Positions 27,340 to 38,865 of a stretch of 47,316 bases of DNA are shown piece by piece. Under the pieces are notes generated by a model that worked only from the letters and a program-made list of their open reading frames with translations, did no database searches and was not told the DNA's origin. Source of the stretch: Chitinivibrionales bacterium. GTDB lineage: Bacteria; Fibrobacterota; Chitinivibrionia; Chitinivibrionales; WJKA01. Where the stretch lies: assembly GCA_038247415.1 (NCBI GenBank), contig JBBRUX010000031.1:1-47316 (forward strand), given 5' to 3'. The stretch's first letter is position 1; every line of letters starts with the position of its first letter. Both the position numbers and the translations under genes were made by a program.

Positions 27340-30300
27340 ATGTCCTTGACACCAGAATGGAGCTCCAGAATTGTTCGCTGGAGAGAAGAACTTAAAAGGC
27401 ACCTCTTATCACCCCTGAGAGTGCTTTCTGCTGAAGTCTGTTTTACCATGGATCATATCTCGCTTGATCAGGCAAAAAAGCTAACTTTTACTCCTATTGC
27501 AAACGGCAGTTCCTGGGGGAAAAAGTGGGAATATGGGTGGTTTAAAACTACTGCAATTATACCCCCTGAGGCTATGGGAAAGCGCATCGGTCTTGTTTTT
27601 GATGCCGGGTTAGAAAGTTTAGTTTTTGTAAATGGACAACCTGCAAGTACTTTTTCGTGGGGACAAAAAAATATTACACTATCCAGGTGCGCAAATGGCA
27701 ATGAAACTTTTGAAATTTTTGCCGAATCGTACGCAGGACATGGAGAAATAACATGCGGCGATGGGCCCGTGGCTCTTGATCGAAACCCTGTTCCGGAACC
27801 CAAAGAACCTCTCGCTCAACTCAACAATATTTCGCTTGTTATTCTTGAAGAAGATGCCTATCAACTGTATATAGACGTCGAAACGTTGTGGGAACTTAGG
27901 CAAAAAATCGACCCAAATTTACTGCGGGTAATGCGCATTGATCAAGGCCTACGAGATTTTACCTGCATAGCCGACCTTGAGCTTCCCTACGAAGAAAAAC
28001 TCCTTTCGTTTAGAAAAGCTCGCGAGCGCCTTAAGCCTCTTCTTGAATGTGTAAACGGAAGCACTGCACCAACCATGTATGCATTTGGGCATGCGCATCT
28101 CGACATTGCCTGGCTATGGCCACTTGCAGAAACAGAGCGCAAAGTTGCTCGAACCCTTTCTACACAGTTGAGCCTTATTAAAGAATATCCCGACTATAAA
28201 TTTCTTCATAGTCAATGCCACTTATATCGCTATGCGAAGGATTTCTACCCCGAGCTCTATACTCAGGTTAAAAAAGCTGTCCGCGACGGAAATATCATTG
28301 CCGAAGGGGGCATGTGGGTAGAATCCGACACTAATATGCCCAGTGGAGAATCGCTTATTCGACAATTTATTCACGGAAAACGCTTTTTCAAAGAAGAATT
28401 TGATGTTGACAGTATTCTTATGTGGCTTCCCGATGTATTTGGATACACTGCAAATCTGCCACAGATCATGAATGGGTGCGGTATTAAGTACTTTTCTACC
28501 CAAAAAATTTTCTGGACCTATAATGGCGGCGATACTTTTCCACACAACACCTTTTGGTGGGAAGGTTTAGATGGCTCCAGAACACTCGTTCACTTACATA
28601 ATGATTATAACTCTCCAGTTTCGCCACAATCTGTACTTGACCGATGGAATGAGCGTGTACAAAAGGATACCATTACCTGCAGACTTCTCCCCTTCGGTCA
28701 CGGCGATGGGGGCGGGGGTCCAACACGAGACCATCTGGAATTTGCGCTGCGCCAGAAAAACCTCGAAGGCGCGCCTCTGGTTAAGCTTTCTTCCCCTTTA
28801 GACTATTTCAAATATGTCGAAGAAAATGAATCTCCAGAGATCGTGTATGTGGGAGAGCTTTACTACCAAGGTCACCGAGGAACGTATACAAGCCAAGCAA
28901 AAACCAAACGCGGAAACAGAAAATGCGAAATTGCCCTGCGCGAAGCCGAAATGTGGGGTGTAGCAACAAGCGTTCTCAATAAAACTTCGTTTCCTGCGAG
29001 CCTGCTTGATGAACACTGGAAAAATGTTCTGCTATGTCAATTTCACGACATTCTTCCCGGATCTTCAATTGCTCGTGTTTATCAAGAAGCCGAAGCTTTG
29101 TATAATAAGGTACAAACAGAAGTAGCTGCTATTACCTCAACAGCTCTTTCTACACTCGTTTCTAAAAATGATACTGCGCTTACCATAGCCAATTCGCTCT
29201 CGTGGAATCGGCGCGCTCTTATTTTGCTACCAGGTGATTTTGAGGGAGCGCGCGATGCCTCAAATAACCTCGTAGACACACAAAAAAATGGTGCATTAAC
29301 TTTTGTAGAAGTTACGATTCCATCTTGTGGCTGGACTACACTTCATAAAGCACCTCCCCAGACACCTAAAAATACTTTGAGCATTACCTGCAACAAGCTC
29401 GAAAATGAGCTTCTTAGTATAGACTTTAATGATTTTGGAGAAATCACCCGCATTTACGATAAAGAAGCCAAGCGCGATTGGACAACCGGCATAGCAAACA
29501 GCTTTAAGCTTTGGAAAGATGTTCCCGCCAATTTTGATGCATGGGACCTTGACAGCACCTATCTTAAAAATCCCGTTGCATTGCCGCATACTGCAGAATT
29601 TTCCATTCTTGCAACAGGGCCGCTCGTGGCTACGCTTAAAGTATCACGAAAATTAAATGACTCTACCATGCATCAGGAAATATCATTATCTCGGGGTAGC
29701 AGACGCATCGACTTTAAAACGAGCATAGATTGGAAAGAACGACACAAAGTTTTAAAGGTAAACTTTCCAACAACTATTCATTCGCTTGAAGCGCTCCATG
29801 AAATCCAGATGGGTTATGTACAAAGGCCAACTCATGCATCACGTCAATACGACAAAGACCGATTTGAAGTATGCAACCACAAATGGACTGCCCTGACAGA
29901 AACAGACCGAGGCTGTGCTCTTCTCAACGATTGTAAATACGGGGTTAATGTCGACCAAAACAGTATTAATCTTACCCTACTGCGATCAGCCTTAGCACCA
30001 GATCCCACGGCTGACATTGGAACCCAAGAGTTTACCTATGCGTTTTATTGTTGGAATACCAATTTTGCAGCAAGCACTGTTATTCAACAGAGCTACGAGC
30101 TCAACATGCCTTGCATACTTCAAAAAGGAGAAGCCACGTCGCAATCGCTTTTCACTGTGGATATGCCAGGGATAATCATTGAAACGATAAAGCCAGCAGA
30201 AGATACCAGCACCGATATTATAGTGCGCCTTTACGAATCTCATAAGGCCACTACGCGCTGTAACCTTGCGCCCTCTTTTCCTGTGGATGCTGCATGGGAA

Positions 30301-30408
30301 ACAAATATGCTTGAGGTGGTCAAAAACGATATTCCCCTACAAAACGGGAAGATCCCGCTTAACTTTAAGCCTTTTGAAATTAAGACGGTTCGCTTGCACG
30401 TGAAATAA
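27340..30408 (+). CDS. Alpha-mannosidase, glycoside hydrolase family 38 (no signal peptide seen)
   Basis: GHAHLDIAWLWP, GGMWVE, WLPDVFGY, GHGDGGGGP, HRGTYTS, QFHDILPGSSI and LNDCKYG. Confidence 0.96.
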   Translation: MSLTPEWSSRIVRWREELKRHLLSPLRVLSAEVCFTMDHISLDQAKKLTFTPIANGSSWGKKWEYGWFKTTAIIPPEAMGKRIGLVFDAGLESLVFVNGQPASTFSWGQKNITLSRCANGNETFEIFAESYAGHGEITCGDGPVALDRNPVPEPKEPLAQLNNISLVILEEDAYQLYIDVETLWELRQKIDPNLLRVMRIDQGLRDFTCIADLELPYEEKLLSFRKARERLKPLLECVNGSTAPTMYAFGHAHLDIAWLWPLAETERKVARTLSTQLSLIKEYPDYKFLHSQCHLYRYAKDFYPELYTQVKKAVRDGNIIAEGGMWVESDTNMPSGESLIRQFIHGKRFFKEEFDVDSILMWLPDVFGYTANLPQIMNGCGIKYFSTQKIFWTYNGGDTFPHNTFWWEGLDGSRTLVHLHNDYNSPVSPQSVLDRWNERVQKDTITCRLLPFGHGDGGGGPTRDHLEFALRQKNLEGAPLVKLSSPLDYFKYVEENESPEIVYVGELYYQGHRGTYTSQAKTKRGNRKCEIALREAEMWGVATSVLNKTSFPASLLDEHWKNVLLCQFHDILPGSSIARVYQEAEALYNKVQTEVAAITSTALSTLVSKNDTALTIANSLSWNRRALILLPGDFEGARDASNNLVDTQKNGALTFVEVTIPSCGWTTLHKAPPQTPKNTLSITCNKLENELLSIDFNDFGEITRIYDKEAKRDWTTGIANSFKLWKDVPANFDAWDLDSTYLKNPVALPHTAEFSILATGPLVATLKVSRKLNDSTMHQEISLSRGSRRIDFKTSIDWKERHKVLKVNFPTTIHSLEALHEIQMGYVQRPTHASRQYDKDRFEVCNHKWTALTETDRGCALLNDCKYGVNVDQNSINLTLLRSALAPDPTADIGTQEFTYAFYCWNTNFAASTVIQQSYELNMPCILQKGEATSQSLFTVDMPGIIIETIKPAEDTSTDIIVRLYESHKATTRCNLAPSFPVDAAWETNMLEVVKNDIPLQNGKIPLNFKPFEIKTVRLHVK

Positions 30409-30446
30409 TTGACAAAAACTATAATCTCAATCCCTACAGCTCAACG

Positions 30447-30473
30447 AAAAGCAGGAGGCTCCTTTCTGCTTTT
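30447..30473 (+). terminator. Intrinsic terminator after the GH38 gene
   Basis: AAAAGCAGGAGG-CTC-CTTTCTGCTTTT stem-loop with A and T tails. Confidence 0.65.
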
Positions 30474-30539
30474 AGATTTGTACCTATACTATATTTTGGT
30501 ATACGCAATTATTACAAAGCTGCGAAACCCTGGGCTGCA

Positions 30540-32078
30540 ATGAAAAAGACTCCACTACCAAACGACTTAGCCACCATCACACAAGCTCGGCTCAAAGAAT
30601 CGCTGGATACATTTCCAGCCTCCTTGCTTCCTTCTATCTCACAACTCGCCCAACAGATGGGGGTATCGTATCAAACGATGCGAAATGCTGTACATATGCT
30701 TATTAATCAGGGACTACTAGCATTTGGACCAGGAAAGCGAATTTATTTATCGTCATGCCAATGTGCTACCCAATCTGCCGCAACAAAGTTTTCTAAGGCC
30801 GTCCGTAGTCGCATAGGTGAAGGCATTTACAAATCGGGGGACAGGCTCCCTAAAATTCGTTGCCTCATGCTCGAAGAACATATATCAACGGCAATTATTA
30901 GCGATGCATTCCTTGAACTCTCACAAGAAAATCTGATTCATAAAAAAGGAAAATTTTGGTACGCAGGCCCCCGTAAAGAAGAAAACAAAACGCGAAAGGC
31001 CGGTTCTTTTCTTGCCCACACATCTCCTGTAATTATTACCGTAGCCCCCAATACTGCTACGTGGAATCTTCTTTTTTCTGGCGATCATTTAATTCCCTTT
31101 TCGTCTGCATTACATGGAGAACTGCTTGCTTATGGAATGCAATTATTATTAGCTCTTAATACCAAATCAAACGAAACTGATTCCATGGTTGTTGCTACAG
31201 GCCTAAACTCGGTAGTTGCACTTATCAAGTCTTTAGGAAACCGCTACCGTGGGACGCTTTTGCTCCACAGCGAATCGGAAGTGGCTGCCTGGCCAGAATG
31301 GGTTGATGAGCTTTTGCGATTTGGGCAACCCGTTGCTTACTTCAATTATGGAAGTGATGCTGATAAAATTTACAATAAGGCTATGCATCGAAAGCTCCCC
31401 TTTTACAGATTTTTTCTTGACGAAGCTGCAGCAATCACCTTAGCCCTCGATCATTTAGTCAAACTCGGGCATACCATTATCGGCGTTCCTGTATACGATG
31501 CAATAGGATTTACCTGGCCCAAACAACGCTTCGCTCTTATCAATTATATTGCAAAAAGAAGCCATCCAGCTATTACCATTGTGGGTTCTTTACATACCGA
31601 AAGCTTTTGGAATTTTGAGAAATACTCTTCGCTTACCGATTTGGATCAATTTGTTAAGCCAGGGCTTACTTCCCTGCACTCAGATTTTTCTGTCCAACAA
31701 TCCATAACCTTACGCGATAAGCTTTTGCAGCAAACGCCATCTTTGCTTTCATTGATTAAAGAAAAAGGGGCAACTGCCCTTTTCGGTCTCAATGACCGAT
31801 TTGCTCGCAGCTATTATTTTTGGTGTAAAGCCGTAGGCATCAAAATTCCACACGACCTTTCTATTATCTCGTGCGATAATTTACTTGATGCGGCTGCAAT
31901 TCCTATTTCGACTATTGATTTCGGGTTTGCACGGCTTGGGTATCTGGCGGCTCATGCATTTATCGGCGACATACCAGTCGAATCTGGTACCGGGGGGAGA
32001 AATATAGCTGGGGAATGCACACTCATCGATCGCGGCTCGCTTGGACCTGCGCCCGCGAAAAAAAGGCCTTTACTTTGA
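30540..32078 (+). CDS. Transcriptional regulator with two GntR-type wHTH domains and a LacI-type sugar-binding domain
   Basis: LPSISQLAQQMGVSYQTMRNAV and IGEGIYKSGDRLP...LSQENLI HTH regions. The C-terminus has ALDHLVKLGH, IPHDLSIISCDN and ISTID...LIDRGS. Confidence 0.82.
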   Translation: MKKTPLPNDLATITQARLKESLDTFPASLLPSISQLAQQMGVSYQTMRNAVHMLINQGLLAFGPGKRIYLSSCQCATQSAATKFSKAVRSRIGEGIYKSGDRLPKIRCLMLEEHISTAIISDAFLELSQENLIHKKGKFWYAGPRKEENKTRKAGSFLAHTSPVIITVAPNTATWNLLFSGDHLIPFSSALHGELLAYGMQLLLALNTKSNETDSMVVATGLNSVVALIKSLGNRYRGTLLLHSESEVAAWPEWVDELLRFGQPVAYFNYGSDADKIYNKAMHRKLPFYRFFLDEAAAITLALDHLVKLGHTIIGVPVYDAIGFTWPKQRFALINYIAKRSHPAITIVGSLHTESFWNFEKYSSLTDLDQFVKPGLTSLHSDFSVQQSITLRDKLLQQTPSLLSLIKEKGATALFGLNDRFARSYYFWCKAVGIKIPHDLSIISCDNLLDAAAIPISTIDFGFARLGYLAAHAFIGDIPVESGTGGRNIAGECTLIDRGSLGPAPAKKRPLL

Positions 32079-32105
32079 TTATCCCGCTATGACAAAGGCC
32101 TTTTT
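32060..32105. terminator. Inverted repeat between convergent genes (possible bidirectional terminator)
   Basis: AAAAAGGCCTTT-N22-AAAGGCCTTTTT. Confidence 0.4.
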
Positions 32106-32125
32106 AGATGCGTTAGGGTCATTGA

Positions 32126-32768
32126 TTATTTCAGAATCACTACACCTTTTGCATTGCTTACACTAGGGCTTTGGCCTCTGCAATTAAACACCTGCTTGCC
32201 TAAAAACGCACCGCCGTGTGTTGACACAACTAACCCTCTTCGACCCTGCGGTTTAGAAATCTCTAAAGCCAAAGGCTTTGCAATACTAGTTATGCCACAT
32301 CCTGCAGGCGCTGAAGATTGTACTGCAAAGGTTCCATTATTGACAGTCCAGTATTCCCACACGCCACCCGAACCTGTAATCCAATTGGCCACATTAAACC
32401 AATTGGTTCCGGCTGTGGTGCCTTGCACTTTGTAATCTTTTACGCCTTTTGTCCAATTAAGCGAGCTTCCCGATACACATCTTTCTGGTGCGCCACAATA
32501 GGGCTTAAAAAAATGCGCACTACTACTACCAAATACAATTGCTTTTCCCGCAGTATCAATACATACGGCAGTAGCCTCGTCAACACCAATAGCTTTGGGG
32601 TCGGCACTATTCCAGTCCTTCATCATGCGCGCAAGCCATGGTACCTTGTTGTGTTGGCACGGTTACATCTGCAGCATCGCCAGTTACCCAGGTTTCTATT
32701 GAATAGCCGGGTTGGGAAATACTCATCACTAGAGCGCAAGCAAAAATTGGAATTATGTACTTTACCAT
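32126..32768 (-). pseudogene. Secreted cyanophycinase (peptidase S51-like) pseudogene with catalytic core deleted and frameshifted
   Basis: AAGGAG RBS and ATG 32768 encode a signal peptide plus SIETWVTGDAADVTVPTQQGT, then stop at 32607. A different frame continues WLARMMKDW...AIGVDEATAVCID...VFGS to 32126. No GTSAG or DTHF motifs lie in between. Confidence 0.75.
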
Positions 32769-33076
32769 ATCAATCTCCTTTTTTAAGAGTTAACCATTAG
32801 GTAATTTTCAGATCTCAAACATTTATTGACAAGACCTGTATTCCTTCTAATTCCAATATACCTAGATCCTCAAAAATGCAACATCCTATGCAACTTTCTT
32901 TCCTTAATTCCCCTGCCCAACCCCTTCAACCCGCTCATCTCTGCTTCAATCTCATCAATTCTCGGCAGGCTCGATTAGAGATTGTCCGGTAGCGCACATG
33001 TCAATTTTCATTCCGACACGCCTCTTGGTTTTCTGATAAGGATCTTTTAAAGCTTTCTGTGCCCAAGTCTGCATGA

Positions 33077-33150
33077 GGACACTGTCGTGTCCCAAAGGAA
33101 TTTGGGAAACAAGTTGTTTCCTTTCTTCCAATTTCGAAACTGCCTGTTTC
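33077..33150. promoter_or_regulatory. Phased palindromic boxes (GAAAC-N5-GTTTC x2, GACAC-N4-GTGTC x1), candidate operators
   Basis: GAAACAAGTTGTTTC at 33106-33120 and GAAACTGCCTGTTTC at 33136-33150 (30-bp offset). GGACACTGTCGTGTCC at 33077-33092. Confidence 0.5.
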
Positions 33151-33298
33151 CCAATTGCAGTTCATTCATATCCTGTATATTGTTCACTACTCAGAACACT
33201 ATGTAACACTCTTTTAGCGAAATATGCTTTATCATCGTATAATTGGGCTATATTAATGTTCACTCAAGCTTCTCTTTAAATTCAACAGCATATACGCT

Positions 33299-34129
33299 AT
33301 GAATATTTTCGAATACCAAAATTACCGCCTGTATCTCAAGGATTTCTACGAAGAGCAGAAATCTATTCATAAGGGATTTTCGTATCGCTCATTCTCGGCT
33401 AAAGCTGGAATTAACGCTTCTGCATTTTTGTATTACATTATACAAGGCAAGCGCAACCTTACCCAATCATCTATTTTGAAAATTTCCCAGGCAATAGGTC
33501 ATTCAAAAGAAGAATCCGAATATTTTGAAAACTTGGTTTATTTTAATCAAGCTCAAACAATTACCGAAAAAACACTCTACTACAACAATGTTTTATCTGT
33601 ACGTAAGCCATTAGAAATAAACAAAATAGGCAAAGAGCAATACGAATATTATGCCACTTGGTTTAACAGCGTAATTCGTGAATTGATAACATTTTACCCG
33701 TTCTCTGGCAATTATGCTAAACTTGCAGAATTCATATCGCCGCCGATAACGCCAAAACAAGCACAGCAATCGGTAGAACTGCTTGAAAAACTTGGATTTA
33801 TAGAGAGAGATACCGATGGACTGTATCATCAAACAAGCTCAATTATTGCAGTACATCCCAAACCTATTGATTCTTATATAATTACGAAGTTTCAGCAAGA
33901 AATGCTAAAAAAGGCACTTGAATCGTATGACCGGTTTGATGTTCACAATGTTTTAGGAGCTTCAACTACGTTTTCAATTTCTAAAGCCACTTTTGAGCTT
34001 ATGAAATCTCGTATTAGGGAATTTAGACGAGAGCTCGCCGCTCTTGCCAATATCGATACTGCACCCGACCAGGTTTTTCAGCTGACAGTTAATTTTTTTC
34101 CTGTTAGCGGGAGCCATAAAAATGCGTAA
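33299..34129 (+). CDS. TIGR02147 family protein (HTH + DUF4423), Fibrobacterota-type putative regulator
   Basis: IFEYQNYRLYLKDFY, FSYRSFS.KAG, GKRNLT, YFENLVYFNQA, YYATWFNSVIREL and QLTVNFFP. Confidence 0.9.
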   Translation: MNIFEYQNYRLYLKDFYEEQKSIHKGFSYRSFSAKAGINASAFLYYIIQGKRNLTQSSILKISQAIGHSKEESEYFENLVYFNQAQTITEKTLYYNNVLSVRKPLEINKIGKEQYEYYATWFNSVIRELITFYPFSGNYAKLAEFISPPITPKQAQQSVELLEKLGFIERDTDGLYHQTSSIIAVHPKPIDSYIITKFQQEMLKKALESYDRFDVHNVLGASTTFSISKATFELMKSRIREFRRELAALANIDTAPDQVFQLTVNFFPVSGSHKNA

Positions 34130-35330
34130 CACATTGAATTTAAATGTTTTAACCTGTTTAATTATCCTGCTTGGTAACTGTGCCCAAAATTCAACGCAAG
34201 TTGTTGGTGGATCATCAGATACAGAGATCAGTGCGAGCATTGTGGTTAAAGGAATTGTTGTTGATAGCCTTGGATTGCCAGTTAGCGGAACAACTATTAG
34301 GCTTCGGTCTACAGATACCAATGAAACGTTGGCAATTATTACCCGCGATACGCTCAGCAATGCGACTGGAGTGTATAGTTTTTCTAGCCTGAGACCAGGG
34401 GCTTACTCAATAGAATTAAATAGGCACGATTCTCTTGCGCTAGCCTATAGATTTGAGCTATTTGCAACCGATTCGATTCGCGTTCGCAGTGCGGATACCA
34501 TACGTCCTATGGCAACGCTAACAGGAACCCTACTTCCCGATAGTGCAGGATTTCCAACAATCTTTATTTTTGGCCTCTCACGAATCATAACACCCGATTC
34601 GCTTGGTAGATTTTCGGTGCGGGTTCCCTATGGCTCCTCTCGCATTCGCTTCGCTTTTTCTCATGGCGAACACATTAGTGAGGTTCATATCCCTAACCTT
34701 AAGCCAGGCGCAGCTCAGGAGATCGGCTTTGTTATACCACCGTTTGCATCCTTTAATGTAGGGCAGCTCTGCTCTGACTCGCTGTGCGAACGGATAGCAG
34801 TTTTAGCGGCCTTTAGAGAAATGGGCCTCGATACTGCACTTTTCGATTCAATAGCAGTTTTTAAAGCTGGACATGTACGTGAGCTCAATTTGCGAAAACG
34901 AAAAATATCCTTTCTATCAAAAGAATTATTTAAACTTCCGATGCTTTCTGTTCTTGATATTAGCTCAAATATGTTTTTTTGGGATCCTTTTGAAATAATC
35001 TCGCGTTTCACAAATTTATCAGCTTTATATCTCGATAACTGCAGTATCATTTTCCTTCCTCAGGAAATTAGTAATCTTAAGCACCTCGCCATACTCGATC
35101 TCTCAAATAACGAACTCTTTTCTCTACCGCTTTCTATAGTTTCACTCTCTCCTTCCAAGCTTAATCTTGCAAATAATCGTCTCAGGGATTTAACCGGCAG
35201 CCAAGCTGAATGGGCTACTACATTTGATCCGATGTGGCAGCAATCCCAACGAAGCGCCCCGCCTAATCAGCAAATTCCTTATAAAACCGGGTATTCTGGC
35301 CCGATGTACAGCGATCTTCCTGCACATTAA
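34122..35330 (+). CDS. Lipoprotein with carboxypeptidase-regulatory-like beta-sandwich domains and C-terminal leucine-rich repeats
   Basis: Lipobox LLGNC, then GGSSDTE and GIVVDSLGLPV..GVYSFSSLRPGAYSI. LRRs include LDISSN, LYLDNC, LDLSNNEL and LNLANNRL. 8-nt overlap with TIGR02147. Confidence 0.8.
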   Translation: MRNTLNLNVLTCLIILLGNCAQNSTQVVGGSSDTEISASIVVKGIVVDSLGLPVSGTTIRLRSTDTNETLAIITRDTLSNATGVYSFSSLRPGAYSIELNRHDSLALAYRFELFATDSIRVRSADTIRPMATLTGTLLPDSAGFPTIFIFGLSRIITPDSLGRFSVRVPYGSSRIRFAFSHGEHISEVHIPNLKPGAAQEIGFVIPPFASFNVGQLCSDSLCERIAVLAAFREMGLDTALFDSIAVFKAGHVRELNLRKRKISFLSKELFKLPMLSVLDISSNMFFWDPFEIISRFTNLSALYLDNCSIIFLPQEISNLKHLAILDLSNNELFSLPLSIVSLSPSKLNLANNRLRDLTGSQAEWATTFDPMWQQSQRSAPPNQQIPYKTGYSGPMYSDLPAH

Positions 35331-35450
35331 AATTGATGGTATTTTATTTATCGTCTCATTCTAAAAAATGCTTATTTCTTTGATTAATACGTCAAAAGCC
35401 TTCCTTCGTGTATTTTAAGAACTTATTCTTTTTATTTGAAAGGCTCCATA

Positions 35451-36425
35451 ATGAGACAATGTGCACTAGGGATCGATTTAGGTGGTACAAATCTTAAAGG
35501 CGTCATCCTCGATTCCAATGGGTCTATACGCCACCTCACAAGAATTCCCACAGAGGCTTCCAAAGGTGGAAAGCGGGTACTGCATAATATCCTTACTCTC
35601 ATCGAAAAGCTTATTGCAGCCGAAGGATCTAAACAGCATATTATCGGAGTAGGTATTGGAACTCCCGGATTTGTTGACCAAGACGGAACTGTTGATGGTG
35701 CCGACAATCTGCCAGGTTGGAAAGGCACCAATATGTACGAACCCATTTTAAAAGCTCATGGACTTAACACCATTGGAGCCAATGATGTAACTGTTGCAGC
35801 CCTTGCTGAATCGCGCTTTGGCGCAGGCAAAGGCGTTAACAATATGGTATGCCTTGCTCTGGGTACTGGTATTGGCGGAGGCATTGTCATTAACGGAAAA
35901 ATTTATGCCGGAACCCATGGCATGGCCGCAGAATTAGGCCATATTATTGTGGAGCCCAATGGAATCCAATGTACCTGCGGACTCAAGGGTTGTGTAGAAC
36001 GCTATGCCTCGGCAACGGGAATTGTTTCGATTGCTCTTGACAAGGCAAAAAAGCCTTCCCCCGACACCACAAGCGAATTAGCACGCATTTGCAGAGAAAA
36101 ACCCGAAACAGTTACCGCAAAATTAGTTTACGATTATGCAAAAAGAGGCGATACTTTTGGCATTCTTGTCAACGAGTATGTGTGCGACAAACTTGCCGCT
36201 GTTATTGGAATGATCTGTAACACACTTTCCCCCGATCGCATTATTCTTGGCGGAGGAGTCATGATGGCTGGGTCTATAATACTTGACACAACCTCACGCT
36301 ATGTGACCAAATATTGTTTTCAGCAAATCTGGAAAAAATGTGAACTTGTTGCAGCACAATGCGGCGAAGATGCCGGCGTATTAGGTGCTGGGGCAATGGC
36401 CTTTGATGCTTTTTCTGGAAAGTAA
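35451..36425 (+). CDS. ROK family sugar kinase (glucokinase-like)
   Basis: GIDLGGT, GIGTPG, LGTGIGGG, ELGH and CTCGLKGCVE zinc motif. No N-terminal HTH. Confidence 0.93.
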   Translation: MRQCALGIDLGGTNLKGVILDSNGSIRHLTRIPTEASKGGKRVLHNILTLIEKLIAAEGSKQHIIGVGIGTPGFVDQDGTVDGADNLPGWKGTNMYEPILKAHGLNTIGANDVTVAALAESRFGAGKGVNNMVCLALGTGIGGGIVINGKIYAGTHGMAAELGHIIVEPNGIQCTCGLKGCVERYASATGIVSIALDKAKKPSPDTTSELARICREKPETVTAKLVYDYAKRGDTFGILVNEYVCDKLAAVIGMICNTLSPDRIILGGGVMMAGSIILDTTSRYVTKYCFQQIWKKCELVAAQCGEDAGVLGAGAMAFDAFSGK

Positions 36426-38414
<1,989 letters not shown>

Positions 38415-38459
38415 GCATACGAGGTCTTCTTTTTCCCGAAATTCCAAAATCCAGTAGTA

Positions 38460-38798
38460 TCAATTATCACTTACGGGGAAAACGTTTCTTTTTTTAACAA
38501 ATGAAGCATACTGCTTTTCGGAGGACATATACCTTACATACTCGTGAGGAATTGAAACATACGTATACTTGGGAGTTTTTGATTCGAGATGATAGTGACG
38601 AACTTCCATATGAAGAAACGGTGAATTGGATATTTCGGCGATTTTGCGACAGGCAATATACCCGCCTTCACGAATATACTGAGTATCAGCCAAAATCTCC
38701 AAACCCTCTTGCGTTAGGTACACTGAAATCGATTCGCGCACTTCCCGAAATATTTCGGGTAGTGTGGCTCTTGCTGATGTTGTCAATTTTGGTTTCAT
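38460..38798 (-). CDS. Hypothetical protein (112 aa)
   Basis: Fills the gap downstream of the GDSL gene on the same strand, with ATG start and AGGA upstream. No family recognised. Confidence 0.55.
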   Translation of the reverse strand: MKPKLTTSARATLPEIFREVRESISVYLTQEGLEILADTQYIREGGYIACRKIAEISNSPFLHMEVRHYHLESKTPKYTYVSIPHEYVRYMSSEKQYASFVKKRNVFPVSDN

Positions 38799-38865
38799 AT
38801 TTTATTCCTATAGTTAACGAATGCTTTACGCCCTCTATCAGACACTTCAAAAAATATCACGTATC

